Assembly: GCA_026026165.1 (NCBI GenBank)
Contig: JAPEUD010000050.1
Span: 1-64,000 of the forward strand
Origin: Sarea resinae
Taxonomy: Eukaryota
Direction: 5' to 3'
Length of the DNA: 64,000 bases
Made by a program: the position numbers and the translations under genes. A model generated the notes under the pieces. The model saw nothing but the letters and a program-made list of their open reading frames with translations. It did not search any database and was not told the DNA's origin. Shown piece by piece: positions 25,488-38,984 of the stretch; position 1 is the first letter of the stretch; the number at the start of each line of letters is the position of its first letter.

Positions 25488-25763
25488 CTACCCATCCTTC
25501 TTTCCTGTTTCGTCTCGTCTCCTCACATGCGTCCTTCCACCAGCATCGCGCCCTTCCACGGGCACATAGCCACACTGCATGAGCAATGTATCAAACGCTT
25601 GAACCTCTCTCGCCCTGCGGCACTGCGGACAGGACTGCGGGATAGTATGTCTCTGCTCGATAATTCTGCATGGAAGACGGCCCTCGTAGTAGTTGCGGCA
25701 GTAGACGGGATTCTGTCTGACCAAGTGGTTGCAGGCATAGAAGAGTCCGATGAGCTGGCACAT
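25488..25763 (-). CDS. Small Cys-rich putative metal-binding protein (MC-x8-CNH...CPxC type), 91 aa
   Basis: True ATG start (GAT ATG TGC). Sequence MCQLIGLFYACNHLVRQNPVYCRNYYEGRLPCRIIEQRHTIPQSCPQCRR... shares its Cys/Tyr/His register with the ORF at 63000-63224. Confidence 0.65.
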   Translation of the reverse strand: MCQLIGLFYACNHLVRQNPVYCRNYYEGRLPCRIIEQRHTIPQSCPQCRRAREVQAFDTLLMQCGYVPVEGRDAGGRTHVRRRDETGKKDG

Positions 25764-26356
25764 ATCCGCTCACAGAAGCTTGCGTAGGCAGATGGTACGC
25801 TTGGTCTGGGGAGATTTGGTGGGTGGTCTGCTCTAAGCTGTTCGAGGAGCGTGCAGAGTTGAAAGTGATCTTCCGCAAGGTAGAGAATGTCGGTCTCGAT
25901 GGGATTGAGTTGTGAATTTATTTGATAGATGGAGAACCTGGCCGTGATCTGATCTCGCTGAGAGGGAAGGAGTGACTGCCTACTTTGCCATGGTATATAT
26001 TCACTCAGCATCAGGGTGGAAGTCTGCCTTCGTGATATTCCTCAGTGTGAGTTCAACCTTGTAACGATGTTCGCCGTGTCAGATGTGCATTGTTATTCTG
26101 TAACAATAAAAACATCTCACACCAACCTTGAACTCGCTCCTGTAGCACTTCGAGGCCACATTGTCTCTCGAGGGTAACAGAATGAAAACATGCTGCCACT
26201 CGAGGATAGGAGATTGAGAACTCCACAAGCAGAGAAAGAAACAAGCTGAAGGAGAGATTGTAACACGTGTAGTCACCAACGTTTGAAGAAAGACCATGAT
26301 CGTGCAAGAACGGAGCGCTTGCAAAGTCTATTATCGTAAATCGTTCCTATATTCGT

Positions 26357-27352
26357 CTACTCCTCAGTATACAGATGCTCGTGCAGGATCCAGTCCCTGA
26401 CTCTCTCATTGACTAGCTTGCCCAGTTCCGCTTCGTCTCGTCTCTTGGACGCCGCCCTCACTTTTGTCGAGCTGATGATCTCTTCACCCTCGGTCCTGCC
26501 CTCGACCAGCTCTATCCGCTCAGCCCACTCCCGCTTCCCGCCTTCCTTTTCGCGTCCACCTTGGGCCATCTGCCGTAAAAAGTCCTCCTGCTCTTCTATT
26601 GATCCCCATGAGTCGTCGGGACGAAACGTGGCACGAATCCGATGTGCCTGCAGAAAGGGCTCCAAAGGCGCAAGCGTGTGCGTTGGAGAATAGTATTTGG
26701 GGTCGAAGATGCGCGTGAGCGTGTCATAACCCGTCAGCCAGACCTGTTCCGGAGAGCTCGTCTTCGGCGATTCAGCGTCGACGGCAGGTGTAGTGTAGAC
26801 ACTTGAATCAGAGATGGCATACGACTTGGCCATAAAGTACGGCTCGCTGGTCAATCCAATGTCGACGGCGGCGGAATGGCACGACGCATGTGTGTGCAGG
26901 TCGTGGGCAATCATGGTCATCATCGTCAAACGCTGTTCAAAGGAAGCAGGCTTTGGAGCTGTCATATACAACCTTGTAAGCATTTATTTGTTGAGCTACA
27001 GCATTGTGACATCTATGGTGCACAAGGCATCGGATCAACCGCATCGCGAGGCAGGCGAACCTTTATCCGCATTTGAAGTGGCTAACAGCAAGAGAAGCCG
27101 TTTTGGCAGTTTTCCCCGGTCATTCTCCAAGGCCGAGACGGCCATCTTGAAGTGGGCCCGGGTGGGAGGATTGAACGAGGAATCAAGGACATAGAGAGTT
27201 TGCGCTGAAGGCGGGGTGCTTGAAGCACCTACGGTGTTGAGCAGTTGAAACTTTGCATTTGAGCTGGCAAACGACCGAAGCGCATTCGTGAATTTTGGCA
27301 AGAGAGCTTGCATCTCATCGAGGTCGAGAGCCTTCTCCGACAGTGTTCCCAT
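26357..27352 (-). CDS. POF1: Nucleotidyltransferase, Pof1-type nicotinamide mononucleotide adenylyltransferase; 2 exons
   Basis: Motifs LDSSFNPPTRAH, LLLLATSNADK|APKPASFEQRLTMM, GYDTLTRIFDPKYY and ISSTKVR. Confidence 0.88.
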
Positions 27353-29598
27353 GTCGTGCAAAGCCAGATCAACAGTCCAATTGTGGCAGGTGGAACAACG
27401 TGACACCTAGGTATGGAGGGGCTGAGGGGCCCATGACGTTGGGGAGCGTTCATGATCCATTAGCAGTGCCATTACGGTGTCCTAGGGGCCCCAAACGCGC
27501 AGGGCGGACGTGGCTTGCACCAGCACACTTTCGGGCGAACCTCCAGCTTCATCTTGGATGAATTGAAAAGCAACCTTGAATATTTGGGAGAGCTGGTGCG
27601 ACAATCAAGTACCAAGCCCGAGTCCTGAAAGAATCAAACTACTTCCTAGACTTCGAACCTCGAGCAGGTCTGCATCGTTCGAGAAGGTGACAAGGTGCGG
27701 TGGGTGCGCGAAAACTGCGTTGAAGGGGCCTTCGAGTGCCACGACAGCTCACGAAATTAAGGGTTGCGGGCAATACGAAGTGAAGCAGAAGTACATGACC
27801 GTGTACCCATGTAAGGAAGGAACGAGAGACGGCAGCAAAGAGACAATTGAAGTCTTGCATGTCAACAGCAACGAAGGCCGGCCAGAGATCAATCTTACTC
27901 GGGCAGAGTGGTCACTTCGTACCCGCCCCTGGTTGTCTGCCAAGTCAGGCGGCAGGAGCGCACTAGAGAACGCCCTCGGCCCTATCTCGCGGCAGACACG
28001 CGACACCAAGGCAAGCCCAAGTGTCAAGTGCGGAGGTCTGCCCTGTTGTCGTGAAACCTCTCATTCGAGATGGCCGACGGTGATGAGATGGGCGGGAGAG
28101 CAGGAAATCTTGGTATGGCTGTCGTTGATAACCGAACAGTGCACTACGTACTCATAGTACACATACGGAGTACAGCACAGCATGGCATTTATGCAGGCTG
28201 CATTATTGATACAGTATGAACTCTACTACGAAGTAGGGAGGAGTCAAGTCTCTACCGCGGCGCCTATCAGTCGGTCGTGGTCGTCTCCTGCTCTAGCTCG
28301 GGAGAACAAAGGACGTTGAAGGGTCTAACGGCGACGGATCTTCGTTGGCCTCTGATGATCCCATCCAGTACCGAGATACCCAGCTGGAGGTCGAGTCCAG
28401 CTCCCCCATCGGTGTGCACTGACAGATGAAGGTCTGATAATTCGCTGTGGTGGAGTCCGCACACCGTCGTAGAGTACCACTAGAGATCCATCTGATTGAA
28501 TCGCCATCTGTCGAACGATACGAAGACCAAGATGAAGGGTCGAGCAGCAGCGCTGAGCCATGCCGAGCCCACTGCCAATGCCACCACTCGACTAATAGTA
28601 CTTTTCTGTCCTCGGCGTACTCGAGTAGTGCCTGTCCGGGGCGTGTTTGGGCTCAGGGTTCAGCACCAATGGGGACAGGAGAAGGGTCGATCGAAATGCC
28701 ATGGCACTGCAGGTACGAAGGTTACTACTCGATGAGCGCAGAGTACACGAACTAAACGAGAGTGGCCTCCCCTCGGGCCTCGCAGCGTAGGACGAATAGC
28801 GTCACCGACAGCGCCGGCCTACTGGGCGCTAAGCGGCCAAGATGGCTCGAGCAGCACCAAGGCCACCAGGAAGCCACCAGGAACACGGCGAACACCATCA
28901 CGAACACCAATGACACCGCGTTGCCGTAGCGTCGAGTAGAGGACAGTACTCACGAGTAGAGTAAACACGCTGCAGCACCCCTTTCCCCCTGCCCCCAATC
29001 CAATCAGACCGCCGCTTCAGACCCTGCACTAGACTCCCTCCGCCGTTCCGCCCTGGTCGTGAGGAATTGGCGGGCTCAGGCCTACGCAGCACAGGTACCC
29101 GCCTCCGCCAGCACCGCCGTGTCGATACATGGCCGGTGGGACGTAATATCGATTAGGGGTCCCGATCAATGTTCCCGCAATTTGTGCCTGAATGCTAGCA
29201 CGCCCCCTGCCCGCGTCCCAACTGTCGTCGACCCTTTTACTCTTCTGCCTCTCGTTCCCCCGTGCCACTGCCTCTCCTCTTCCTTCCTGCTCGTTCTACT
29301 CTCACCACTGCAAGGCTTCAGTTCTTGAACCACTCTTTTGTCTCTCTCGTAGGGATTTTCGATCTTTACCAAACTACAGTCACTCTTTACAGAGATCAAT
29401 CTCTGCGGAATAGATTTTCGCTCACACTCATTCACCCTCACGATCGCGTCCAATCCATCCAAAGTGCATCGCACACGAATCCCCCGACTTTTTAGGTGAC
29501 ATTGACTGTTTGGCACCTGCCTCGACATCAATCCATTACCTATCCAATCCAACACGCGAAGAACCCTTTCTTTGAACAGGATCCATCACTGAATCAAC

Positions 29599-30701
29599 AT
29601 GCGTTTCCTCCAATCCGTCGCATTCGTTGCGGCCCTGGCCACGGCCACTGAGGCTCACCTGCACAAGAACCAACATGTGCACCGTCGTGGCTTTGGCAAC
29701 GAGACCGCTCCCGCTTCCACCAGCGTGGCTCCACTGACCACCTCGACCGTCTACTCCACCCAGGAGATCACCATCACCAGCTGTGCTCCGACCGTGACCA
29801 ACTGCCCAGCCGAGTCGACCAAGGTCGTCACCTCGGTCATCGCCGTGTCCACGACTGTCTGCCCCGTGGCCGAGGCTGAGAGTTCGAGCTCAGCTGCTGC
29901 CGCTGCCAGCTCTGCGGCTGCTGCTGGCACCTCCCCAGCCTCGATCGCCGCTGGCTCTTCTACTCCCGTCTCCACTGCCGTCAGCAACTCGACTTTGACC
30001 TACACTCTTGGCTCCGGCTCCTCGACTACCGTTGTGACCACCACCATCCAACACACCTCTCTGTTGACTGAGACGGCTGTAAGTGTAAAATCAATTTTGC
30101 TCTGATCAGCTCACTGATTCATCCTTAGACTGTCTACGCTACCAAGCCAACTGGTTCCGCCTCATCGGCAGGTGCAGCGGGCGTCAGTGGAAGCCCAACC
30201 ACGACCATCTCAGCTACCTCGACCGCGACCAAGTGGGTCACTGTTCAACCCGTTTCCTCGGGCGCTGCAGCTTCTGGCTCAAGCTCTGGCTCTGGCTCTG
30301 GATCAGGCGCAGGCTCCGGCTCCGGCTCTGCCTCCCCATCAGCCAGCTCAGGTTCCGGATCCGGCTCAGGCTCGGGCTCAGGCTCTGGCTCTGGCTCAGG
30401 CTCTCCGTCAGGCAGTGGCAGCACCTGCCCATCTGTCGCCACCGTGACCGTGACCGCCCAACAGACCGTCACTGTCGTAAGTAATTCCACAATGTTATTG
30501 CATGATTCATAGCTGATAGCCATCCAGACTGCCACCCCCGTCGGTGCCCAGAGCAGCACCTATACGCCTATCCCCAGCGCCAGCTTTTCCAGCGCTCCCT
30601 ATGGCAACGGAACCTACTCTACCTCCACCGGCGTTGCCAGCACCGGCTTCATCACACTCCCCTCTGGCGCCCCAACCGGCTACAGCAAGCGCTACTATTA
30701 G
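29599..30701 (+). CDS. Secreted Ser/Thr/Gly-rich cell-surface protein; 3 exons
   Basis: Signal peptide [19 protein letters not shown] and His-rich pro-segment ending HRR. Contains a [24 protein letters not shown] flocculin-like motif and a (GS)n tract. Introns at about 30079-30128 and 30477-30527. Ends GYSKRYY*. Strong C-ending codon bias. Confidence 0.88.
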
Positions 30702-32897
30702 ACGCTGGCTCCCTCTCGCTCACGCAGATGAATAAGCCTTATCGTGAAGATGAAGTAATTATCGTGCCGAGCGCGCTGGTTTCTATGGCGGATTTGGGAA
30801 GACCTTCTATCTACCTTTAGCTATTCAACGAATGCGAGCTTTTTTGTGGACTATATCACTTTTGTGTATCCAAAATTCTATTCTTCTATACAACACTTTC
30901 TTCTTTTACATACGAAAAGCGGCAGGCGGTTTGAAAGCGAGTGAACATCTTTCTGGCAAAGCGGTTCGTTCTCACCTTTGGGCCTTTTTCCCTGCGCGCG
31001 TTTGTATTTTTTTTTTCGCATTGCACGCACGCGACATGATGACCATCAGGCATGGGCGGAGTCAAGTCAAACTTGTAGTGGGCACCTATCTCTCGGAACA
31101 TCAGGGAATCAGCCTCCTTTTTTGCTTTCTTGCACTGTGGCGGAATGGGAGGGAAGGAAGGAGGCGAAGAGAAGGGGAAAGGGGGTGGGTGTGGAGTAGA
31201 GGCAAGGCAAAGGAAGAGATGTAAATATGGTTACTTTACTTGCATATCTTCGAACCCCGTTTTCCCCCTTCAACCCGGACAACGTTTCTTCACCTCATTT
31301 ACCTTTTGCTTGCATCGGTGCTCCCATTCTCTCTCCGTTTGTTCACCCTTGGTCAAGCCAACGAGGAACTAGGGGAGGAGTTGGAACGCGGCCGGTGCCT
31401 GCCTGCCGGCCGGCCGGCCTGGCTGCAAGCAAGCGTGCGCCAATCGCGAATTTACATTCTTGTATGCTATGGGTTTTTGAGAGAATCCCAGCACCCTTTG
31501 CTTTCACTGTTCGACGTCTTTTGGAGAGCATCCCCTCGATGTCGTGGCCCGCGTAGAATCGTCTCTCCAGGTACGTCTTCTCTTTGGGTGTTGAGTGTGA
31601 TTCATGTGCCGTGCACAGTAGAAGATGCTGTGCACGGCAACTCTACGATGAGTGCCTATGTACTATGTACTATGTATGAATGCGAAGCGTTGCACCTTCC
31701 GGGTAGTGAGTAGTCAGTCAGTCACGACCTTATCCATCTCGAGGTTGCCGCGACGGTGGTTTCGGGAGATTCGAGATCGGAAGAGCATGAGCACGCGAGG
31801 TCGCACTTCTTCTGTACTTCGTAGGGTACGCACGCAGTAACGCTGTATGCCCGAGGCTGCTCGCCGGCAGCCTCGTCTGTCCTCGGGCCTCTGATAAGGA
31901 AGAGCGCCCTGTATTCAGTGCTCGGTACGTATGGATGGATGTGGCACAGCACACAGCACACAGTACTCTCATATGGAGCAAGTGAGGTATCTGCAAGTAC
32001 TGCGTCGGTCGGTAGGTACCTTCCCTTGACCGCGCCATCCATGTCCGTCTGAGACGGCGGTTGCTTCTGATGCGCGGATTCTCTGATCCTTTGCGCATCC
32101 GATCTTCATAGCTGTTCCAACGTGGTCATGCTACTGTCTGTTGTTCTGTTGTTCCGTTGTTCTGTGTTCTGTTGATATGTCGATATGTCGATATGAGGTT
32201 GTTGAATGCGTACTAGTCTGGTAGGCTGGCAGGCCGAATGCAGTCAAGCCGTCTGTCATGTTCCATTTGATGCTTCTTCTCCGGATTTGTTCTGTCTCCA
32301 AACAGCCCTGGAGGTACCACTTACTCCTCCTACTGCGAGTACGAATACTCATAGTACGCTCGACTACTCGCGACTACTGCACGGTTCTCGCCCTCGCTGA
32401 CACTTGACACTTGACACTTTACTGCGACCGGCCATTTGTTCGTCATCATCCGCCCGCATCACTCAACCCGTCCACCTTCCTCCTCTTCCTCCTCCTCCTC
32501 CTCCTCCTCCTCCTCCTTTCCTCTGTCCTGCATTCAGCGTACGTGCCTCTGCCTTGAGGCGTCGTCTTCTTCTTCGTTGGTTTTTCTCATCGTCGTCGTC
32601 CTCGTCGCCAACTCTGTTACGCTTCGATCCGGACGTATCTCACTGGACGCTCTTCTTATCTATCCACACCTATCCGACCCTTTGCAACGCATCTTCTCTC
32701 CTGGCGCCTCTCGATCTCCTGGCCATCTTGCTACGAAGCTTCCTGCTTTGTTTATACCCTCACGTGTTTCTTATTGCGTTCAGAGCTACGACAGCCACCC
32801 GTCGCTACCATCTCTTTTACCGATCGCGAACCGGCCTAGCTATCATCCTACCGCAAACGATCCACAAAACTCGACACCACTACATATATCCGTCAAG

Positions 32898-35800
32898 ATG
32901 GCCCCCGTCCCTTATGACGGAGACGTCGAGTTTCTCGATTCCAACCTTGCTTCTCTCGATATTCCCGAGGATGATGATCTTTTGATGGATAACGGGGAGC
33001 CCGCCCGCATCCTGACACCGCCTGCTCGCATCGCGGCACGTTTCTTCCGTCCTTCGAGCGACCGCCGTAAGCCCTCTGCTGCTTCATCGAGGCGGAGCTC
33101 GGTCTCGTCGGCGCACTCCCATCACTCGGGTCGCTCGATCCGTGACAGTCATCAGAGTGCCTACGTGGCACAGCATCTCCGACGGGCGTCGATCCTCGAG
33201 AACCGCAAGGCCCGCCTGGCCGATAGAGCTGCACACGCTGAGAAGGTTCGAATGAGGGCTGCTATGGCCAAGGCTGGTACCAGACCTTCAAACACGGAAG
33301 AGAAAGCCCTGGCCGTACAGCAAGCGCGTGAGAAGTATCTGGCCCAAGTGGCGGCTGCTTGCGCAGAGGAGGTCAATCGCGCCAAGAAGATTGCAGAAGA
33401 TATGAAAGAGAAGAAGGCTGCAGAATTACGCAAACTGAGAGGGGATATGGAAGAGAGACTCGCCGAAGCGGAGAAGAGACGACTCGAATATAAGAGAAGC
33501 CCGAGAAGGAGCAGGACCACGAGCTTACCCGCAATGGAGGGTAAGAAGGTCGCGAAAGACCTCATCGCCTCACTGAATGACGATGTGGCCGCCGTGAGGA
33601 TTCAGAGAGCTTGGAGAAGCATGCAAAGGGGTCGCGTGATCAAAGAGTTCCTCTCGCTTGGTCTCTCGATTGAAGAGATCCGAAATACGAGCTTCGAAGA
33701 TGTCGGAGCACTCTTGTCGGAGGACAAGGTTATATCGAGCACTGCCAAGGTCCTCAAGCTCTGCGGGTTACAGGACGTAGGGGGAGGTGCTGTTGAAGAG
33801 AAAGCTGCTGTGCGGACCTTCCTCAGCGCCTTCCTGATCTTAGGGCACCCCACGCAGGTCTTGAGCAATGATGGCGAACAAGAACAAGTAGGCGCTGATT
33901 TCCTCCATTCGAGAGACAACTGCTAACCGCTGTTATTCAGGACCTGATCACGAAATCGAAAGATCTCTTAATCTCATTTGAACACCTGCTGTCACGATTG
34001 GCACCAGGAAATAGCTATACGCCTCCGCCTATGCCGCTTGAATCACTGGCTGAAGCTTATGGTTCGTTCTGCACGGCCTTCACGGCATGGAAAGTCAGGG
34101 ATTCTAGCACTCTAGTTCAGATCATGCTCGCGCAGTACGTGCAGCTAGACCTGATTTGGCAAACGGTGAAGAACGATACTGCTGGTGACGTTGCTTCTGA
34201 TTATCGCGAGGGAATCAGAGAGAACCAGATCATGTTGTTTGCGAGGATCAAGAGACTGGCTGGTTCGGAGAGGTGCAAGACCATGATCACCCACGCCATT
34301 CGCGAGGGTCGGAGAGAAGCCCGCGCAAAGGCAAAGAAGCGGCCTACTGGTGATAGTAGGCCAAGGGCGACAGTGGAAGTTCCATCTAATGCTAGCCGAG
34401 TGGAAGCTTCTCACCCCGCCGCAGAAAGACCTCCCCCAGTGGAAGTGCATCCGGAATTACAAGGACCGCAGCTTCCATCAGATCGTCAATCGATAGAGGC
34501 GGCAGAGTTGACCAGAATATTCTCATCTCTACCAGATAATAGAACATTGGTACATGAGCTAGCTATCAATAAGGAGTATCGGATCGATCCGACGCCGAAG
34601 ACCGAGGTCATCGAAAGCATCAACAATGCTGTTTTCAGCAGCATGAGAAGTGATGTCGAGGCTGGATTTGGAGACCGCTGGATCGTGGCTATGGCAGAGA
34701 ATATCCGGGCTAGACTCCTGCGACTGCTCACGCCCGGCAACTCTCTGCATACTCTCATATCGGAGGCGCTCGATCCCGCTGTGGTTCAGAGTGAGTGCAA
34801 CAAGGGAAGCTTTTCTTACGAGAAATTCTTCTCCTTCATGCTCTCCATTCTTCCTAGGCTCTGTGCACCAGTCCGTGACTCGGACATCAAGGCTCTGGCT
34901 GAAGATGAAAGTGGGGACGTTATCGACCGGCTAGCTAGGCTCATGCATGTCATCGATCTTCTTTCTCTCGACTTTGCCAATTTCCTTCTTCAAGAGTCGG
35001 CCCCTGGTCTGATCGGTCAGGCGCCGGAATACGAGCGGAACAGATTTGCTCAAGATCTCGATTCGAAAGTCATCAACCTGCAACGAACCGAGCGCTGGTG
35101 GAGACACGCGCAGATCAAAGTCTCCGACGAGGCCAGCAGACGAGACCCGGAGGGCCTCAATCTTCCCATCAACAGACCCACGATCACGCAAGTGTACATG
35201 CAAGGCCTTGCCGATCTCTCCATTGCCACCTCTCCCCTTTTAGCCATAAATCTTCCGGATACCCTCAATCTTGACAAAGACCGTATCATACGCATCCGCG
35301 GCGACGTTCTCACCATCGTCGCCGTCGGCGCCATCATGCTCACGGCTAAGAATCTCCTCAAACGCGATGTTCGCTCCCAATGGAAGCCAGAAGCAACGCG
35401 CATCTGGGACCTTCTGCGCTCGTGCGATCCCAGCACCACGACGAGTACAAGTACCACTCCTTCAGAGGGACCCCTGAGCCTCCCCTCCGATCTCACGTCT
35501 TTAAGCTCTCGCATCCTCTCCATTCTCGAATCCGCACACGCCATGCCCGCGCCTACCAAATCCGCGCTCGGCGCCACCATCTCCCGCGTCCTGACGGAAG
35601 CCCGCACCACCTCCACAGCCGCATCTCCCACCGGCTTCTCCCACCCCGTCCTCAAACTGCTATTCCAACGCCTCAAGACCCACGTTCTTCGTCGCTTGTC
35701 GGCCACATCGGCGGGCGAAAGAGTCCGAGCCGTCAGCACGGCCAGCGAGGGGCTTGCTGCCAGCGGGTTGCCAGAATTTATACCGCAAATTGGAAGCATT

Positions 35801-35911
35801 GTTGATGAGTTGGGACGAGTGGCTGAGGTTGACTGGAAGGCTCATGGTGGGTGGTACGAGGGGATTGCCAAGGAGGTCGAGGGCGCCATGGGTAGGGACT
35901 TGTTGGCGTAG
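32898..35911 (+). CDS. SOK1: T-complex protein 11 (Tcp11/Sok1) family protein with IQ-like motif; 2 exons
   Basis: N-terminal coiled coil, IQ-like AAVRIQRAWR, VRTFLSAFLILGHP, NRTLVHELAIN, LPRLCAPVRD, LLSLDFANFLL, YERNRF and LPDTLNLDKDRI. Intron at about 33888-33940. Confidence 0.85.
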
Positions 35912-36712
35912 TCTTTGATTTGTTTTGGCGGCGGAACTAGTAAGGGAGTTTCTTCCGGGTGATGGATGATAAAGGGAAGCTAAGAGAGGGATCTATGGGC
36001 GTTTTTCATGACATTTTCCTTTATCATGTCCGTAGATGTTTTGCTTTATGTTCCATAACTCTCATTCGGGTCGTCTGTTTCGTCTCGTATTGATCTCGTC
36101 ATTTGTCTCATTATATCTCCGTTGTTCTTTGATTCTTTATATTTTCTTTTGGTCCAGGAATCGGCTTAGATGGCGGGACAGGACACGACGGGATGGGCTG
36201 ATGGGCCCAGGGGATAGGATGGAATAGACTGATGGGATGAGGGGTAGAGAGTGAAGGATATAGATTGATAGACTACGATAGGCATATATGTAACCAGGGC
36301 GAATTCGTATTTTTTCGAGATGAACTGTTACTCTGTTTTCCATCTGTTGGTTAGAAGACACTCTTGGTTGAAGTCCAAGTGGTGGCGTCGTGATATTTCA
36401 CGAGCTTGCTAATATTATTGGCTCGAGGGTCCGCTCCGTCGACGAGGTATTTCGTACCGATCGTCGTTGGAACATGCCGGTCGGGAGGCCGAGGCGGACC
36501 CGGGACCGCGGTACGGCATGACAAGGCCGTTATCAATATACCGGCATGCTATCAAAAAGATAGCCCGAGTAGTCCAACCAAGTGGCCGTGGGTTTGAGAG
36601 CAGCAGAGCGTGCGCAAAGTCTTCAAAACGGTCAGCCGCACCAGCGTGATGGCATCGCCACGATAAATCTCCACTACTTTGATCAACTTTCCTACGCGCG
36701 AGCCCTTTAACC

Positions 36713-36736
36713 ATGGCGTCCATGGCGTCCAAGGGC

Positions 36737-36768
<32 letters not shown>

Positions 36769-38984
36769 CCGGTCTTTGCGATTCGTGCGCCTTCCCAGCG
36801 TCGCTGTCGTCGTCGAGCGAAGAGCCAACACATGTTGTCCATCTGGCCTCCGACACGGCTTGCATACTTCCCCCCGCAGCGCGACCGATGGCGTCTATGC
36901 GGGCTTGACCGAGATGCGCGTGCAGATCCCTTGGGTGGAGGCGCTGCGGAGGAAGCGCGACGAAGGCCACGATCCAAGCGTGCCGGGCCCGAAGCCGTCG
37001 ACGGCGCCGAATCGTAAGCTCGAGCCGAAGAGGATGGCCGATAGTTTTCATCGGGTGGTGAGTCTCGTCTCTTTCTCATGACTTGAACGAAAGGAAAGGA
37101 AAAGAAGAAAAAAAGCCGAGATGAAGCAATGAGGGTTAGACAGAAAAGAAAAGAAAGCTGACGGATCCAAAAAAAAAAAAAAAGGTGCTGCCGCTGGCCC
37201 AAGATCCATGGCTCCTGGACACGTACCTCAACGCCTCGGGCCACATCCGGCTCGGCACCATCTTCATGGACCTGGATGCGTTGGCGGGTGTCATCGCGTA
37301 CAAGCACACGGGCGACGACGTCACGACGGTGACGGCGGCCGTGGACCGCATCACGCTGCAGCACCCGCTGCACGAGATCTGCGACCTGGAGATGAGCGGG
37401 CAGGTGACGTACGCGACGGGGCGGAGCAGCATGGAGATTTCGCTGCAAGTGGCCAAAGCGCCGCCGTCGTCGTTGGAGCAGAAGAAGAAGAAGCCGGGCG
37501 ATGATAGTGCGGTACAGCCGCAGCAGCGGTGGCGGCGCGCCGACGACGAGGACCTGCTGATGACCTGCGCCTTTACGATGGTGTCGCTGGATCCGACGAC
37601 CAAGCGGCCCGTCACCGTGAGTCCGTTGGCCGTCGACACGGCCGAGGAGAAGCGGCTCTTTGCGCTGGGCGAGAGGAACTCGAGGGAGAAGAAGAAGCTG
37701 GCGCAGACGGCGCTATTGAAGCAGGCTCCCAATGACAAGGAGAGCGATCTCATCCATGCCATGTGGTTGAAGGAACGAGAGTATCATCGTATGTCGGGTT
37801 TTTTCTTTGCCCCTTAATCAATGCGTCTTTTGCCTTTCACGCTCGCAAGTCGTCCCGTATCACTGAACCTACTGTGGCACTCCTGGTCATCTATCTGATT
37901 GATCATCTGCCCATTCTCGCGCTCACTCATCAACACTCGCTCACTCATCACCTCTTCCACTCATAAATCTACCCGCTCATCCACACATCACTCCCCTCAC
38001 CCCCTTTTTTACCTCCCCCTTTTCGCTCACCCACTGACCTTTCCCCTCCCGCCAAAAAAAACAGACCCGCACCCCGCACCCTCGCCCTCACCACCACCAA
38101 CCCAAACTCCACCACCACCATCACCACCAACAACAACCACCCACATGAGCGCCACCACGCTCTCCACCGCACAGATCATGCAACCCCAATACCGCAACCG
38201 GCACCACTTCATGATCTTCGGCGGCTTCCTGCTCAAGCAGACCTTCGAGCTGGCCTTTTGCGCGGCGGCCTCGTTCGCGCACTCGCGCCCGGCCTTTCTC
38301 TCGCTCGACCCGTCGACGTTTCAGAACCCGGTCCCCGTGGGCTCCGTGCTGTATATGAGCGCCACGGTGGCTTATAGCGAGGTTGTTGATTGTGGTGGTG
38401 ATAGTGATAGTGGTAGTAATGGTAGTAGCAGCAGTGGTGGTGGCAACACCGACAACGACGCCACCATCTCGGCCTCCCCGGCCCCGGCCCCAGCCCCAGC
38501 CCACCACCACCAACAACAACAACAACAACAACAACAACAGGGAAAACAAACACGCATCCAGATCCTCGTCAGCACCTCGGTGCGCGACATCTCGCATTCC
38601 CGCTCCGACACCCGTCCTACCGGCACCTTCAACTACACGTTCCTGATCGACGGCGCCCACCACGTCATGCCGCAGACCTACGACGAGTACATGCTCTGGC
38701 TGGATGCGAGACGGCGGGCTTTGGCTACTAGTGGTGGCAGCGGCGGCAGCGGCGGTAGGGCTGGTGGGGCGGTGCAGAGTGGGGATGTAGTAGGGAAGGG
38801 GGAGGGGAAGGGCGAGTGTGAGGGTGGGGAGGGGGATGGTAAGGCGGGGTTAAAGGGAAAGGGACAGGGAAAGGGACAGGGACAGGGACAGGGACAAGGC
38901 AAGGCCAGGGGTGGAGGCGAGGGCGCGGGCGCGGGCGGGTTGCTCATGGGCGGCGTCGGTGTCGTGGGCGGCGTCACGGAATAA
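36713..38984 (+). CDS. Acyl-CoA thioesterase (double hotdog fold, ACOT9-like), probably mitochondrial; 3 exons
   Basis: Motifs YLNASGHIRLGTIFMDLDALAG, VTAAVDRI, GQVTYATGRSSMEI, IMQPQYRNRHHFMIFGGFLLKQTFELAFC and FQNPVPVGSVL. Introns at 37058-37184 and 37789-38064. Confidence 0.92.

Noticed and set aside
25523..26011. 162-aa minus-strand ORF as the gene at this locus
   Set aside because: No motif. The nested 91-aa frame carries a signature shared with a second locus and is preferred.
27576..28157. 193-aa plus-strand ORF
   Set aside because: TTG start, no recognisable motif, and no splice or codon-bias support.
35050..37762. Long antisense ORFs (35050-35799, 36552-37448, 37136-37762)
   Set aside because: Shadow ORFs opposite GC-rich coding exons of SOK1 and the thioesterase.
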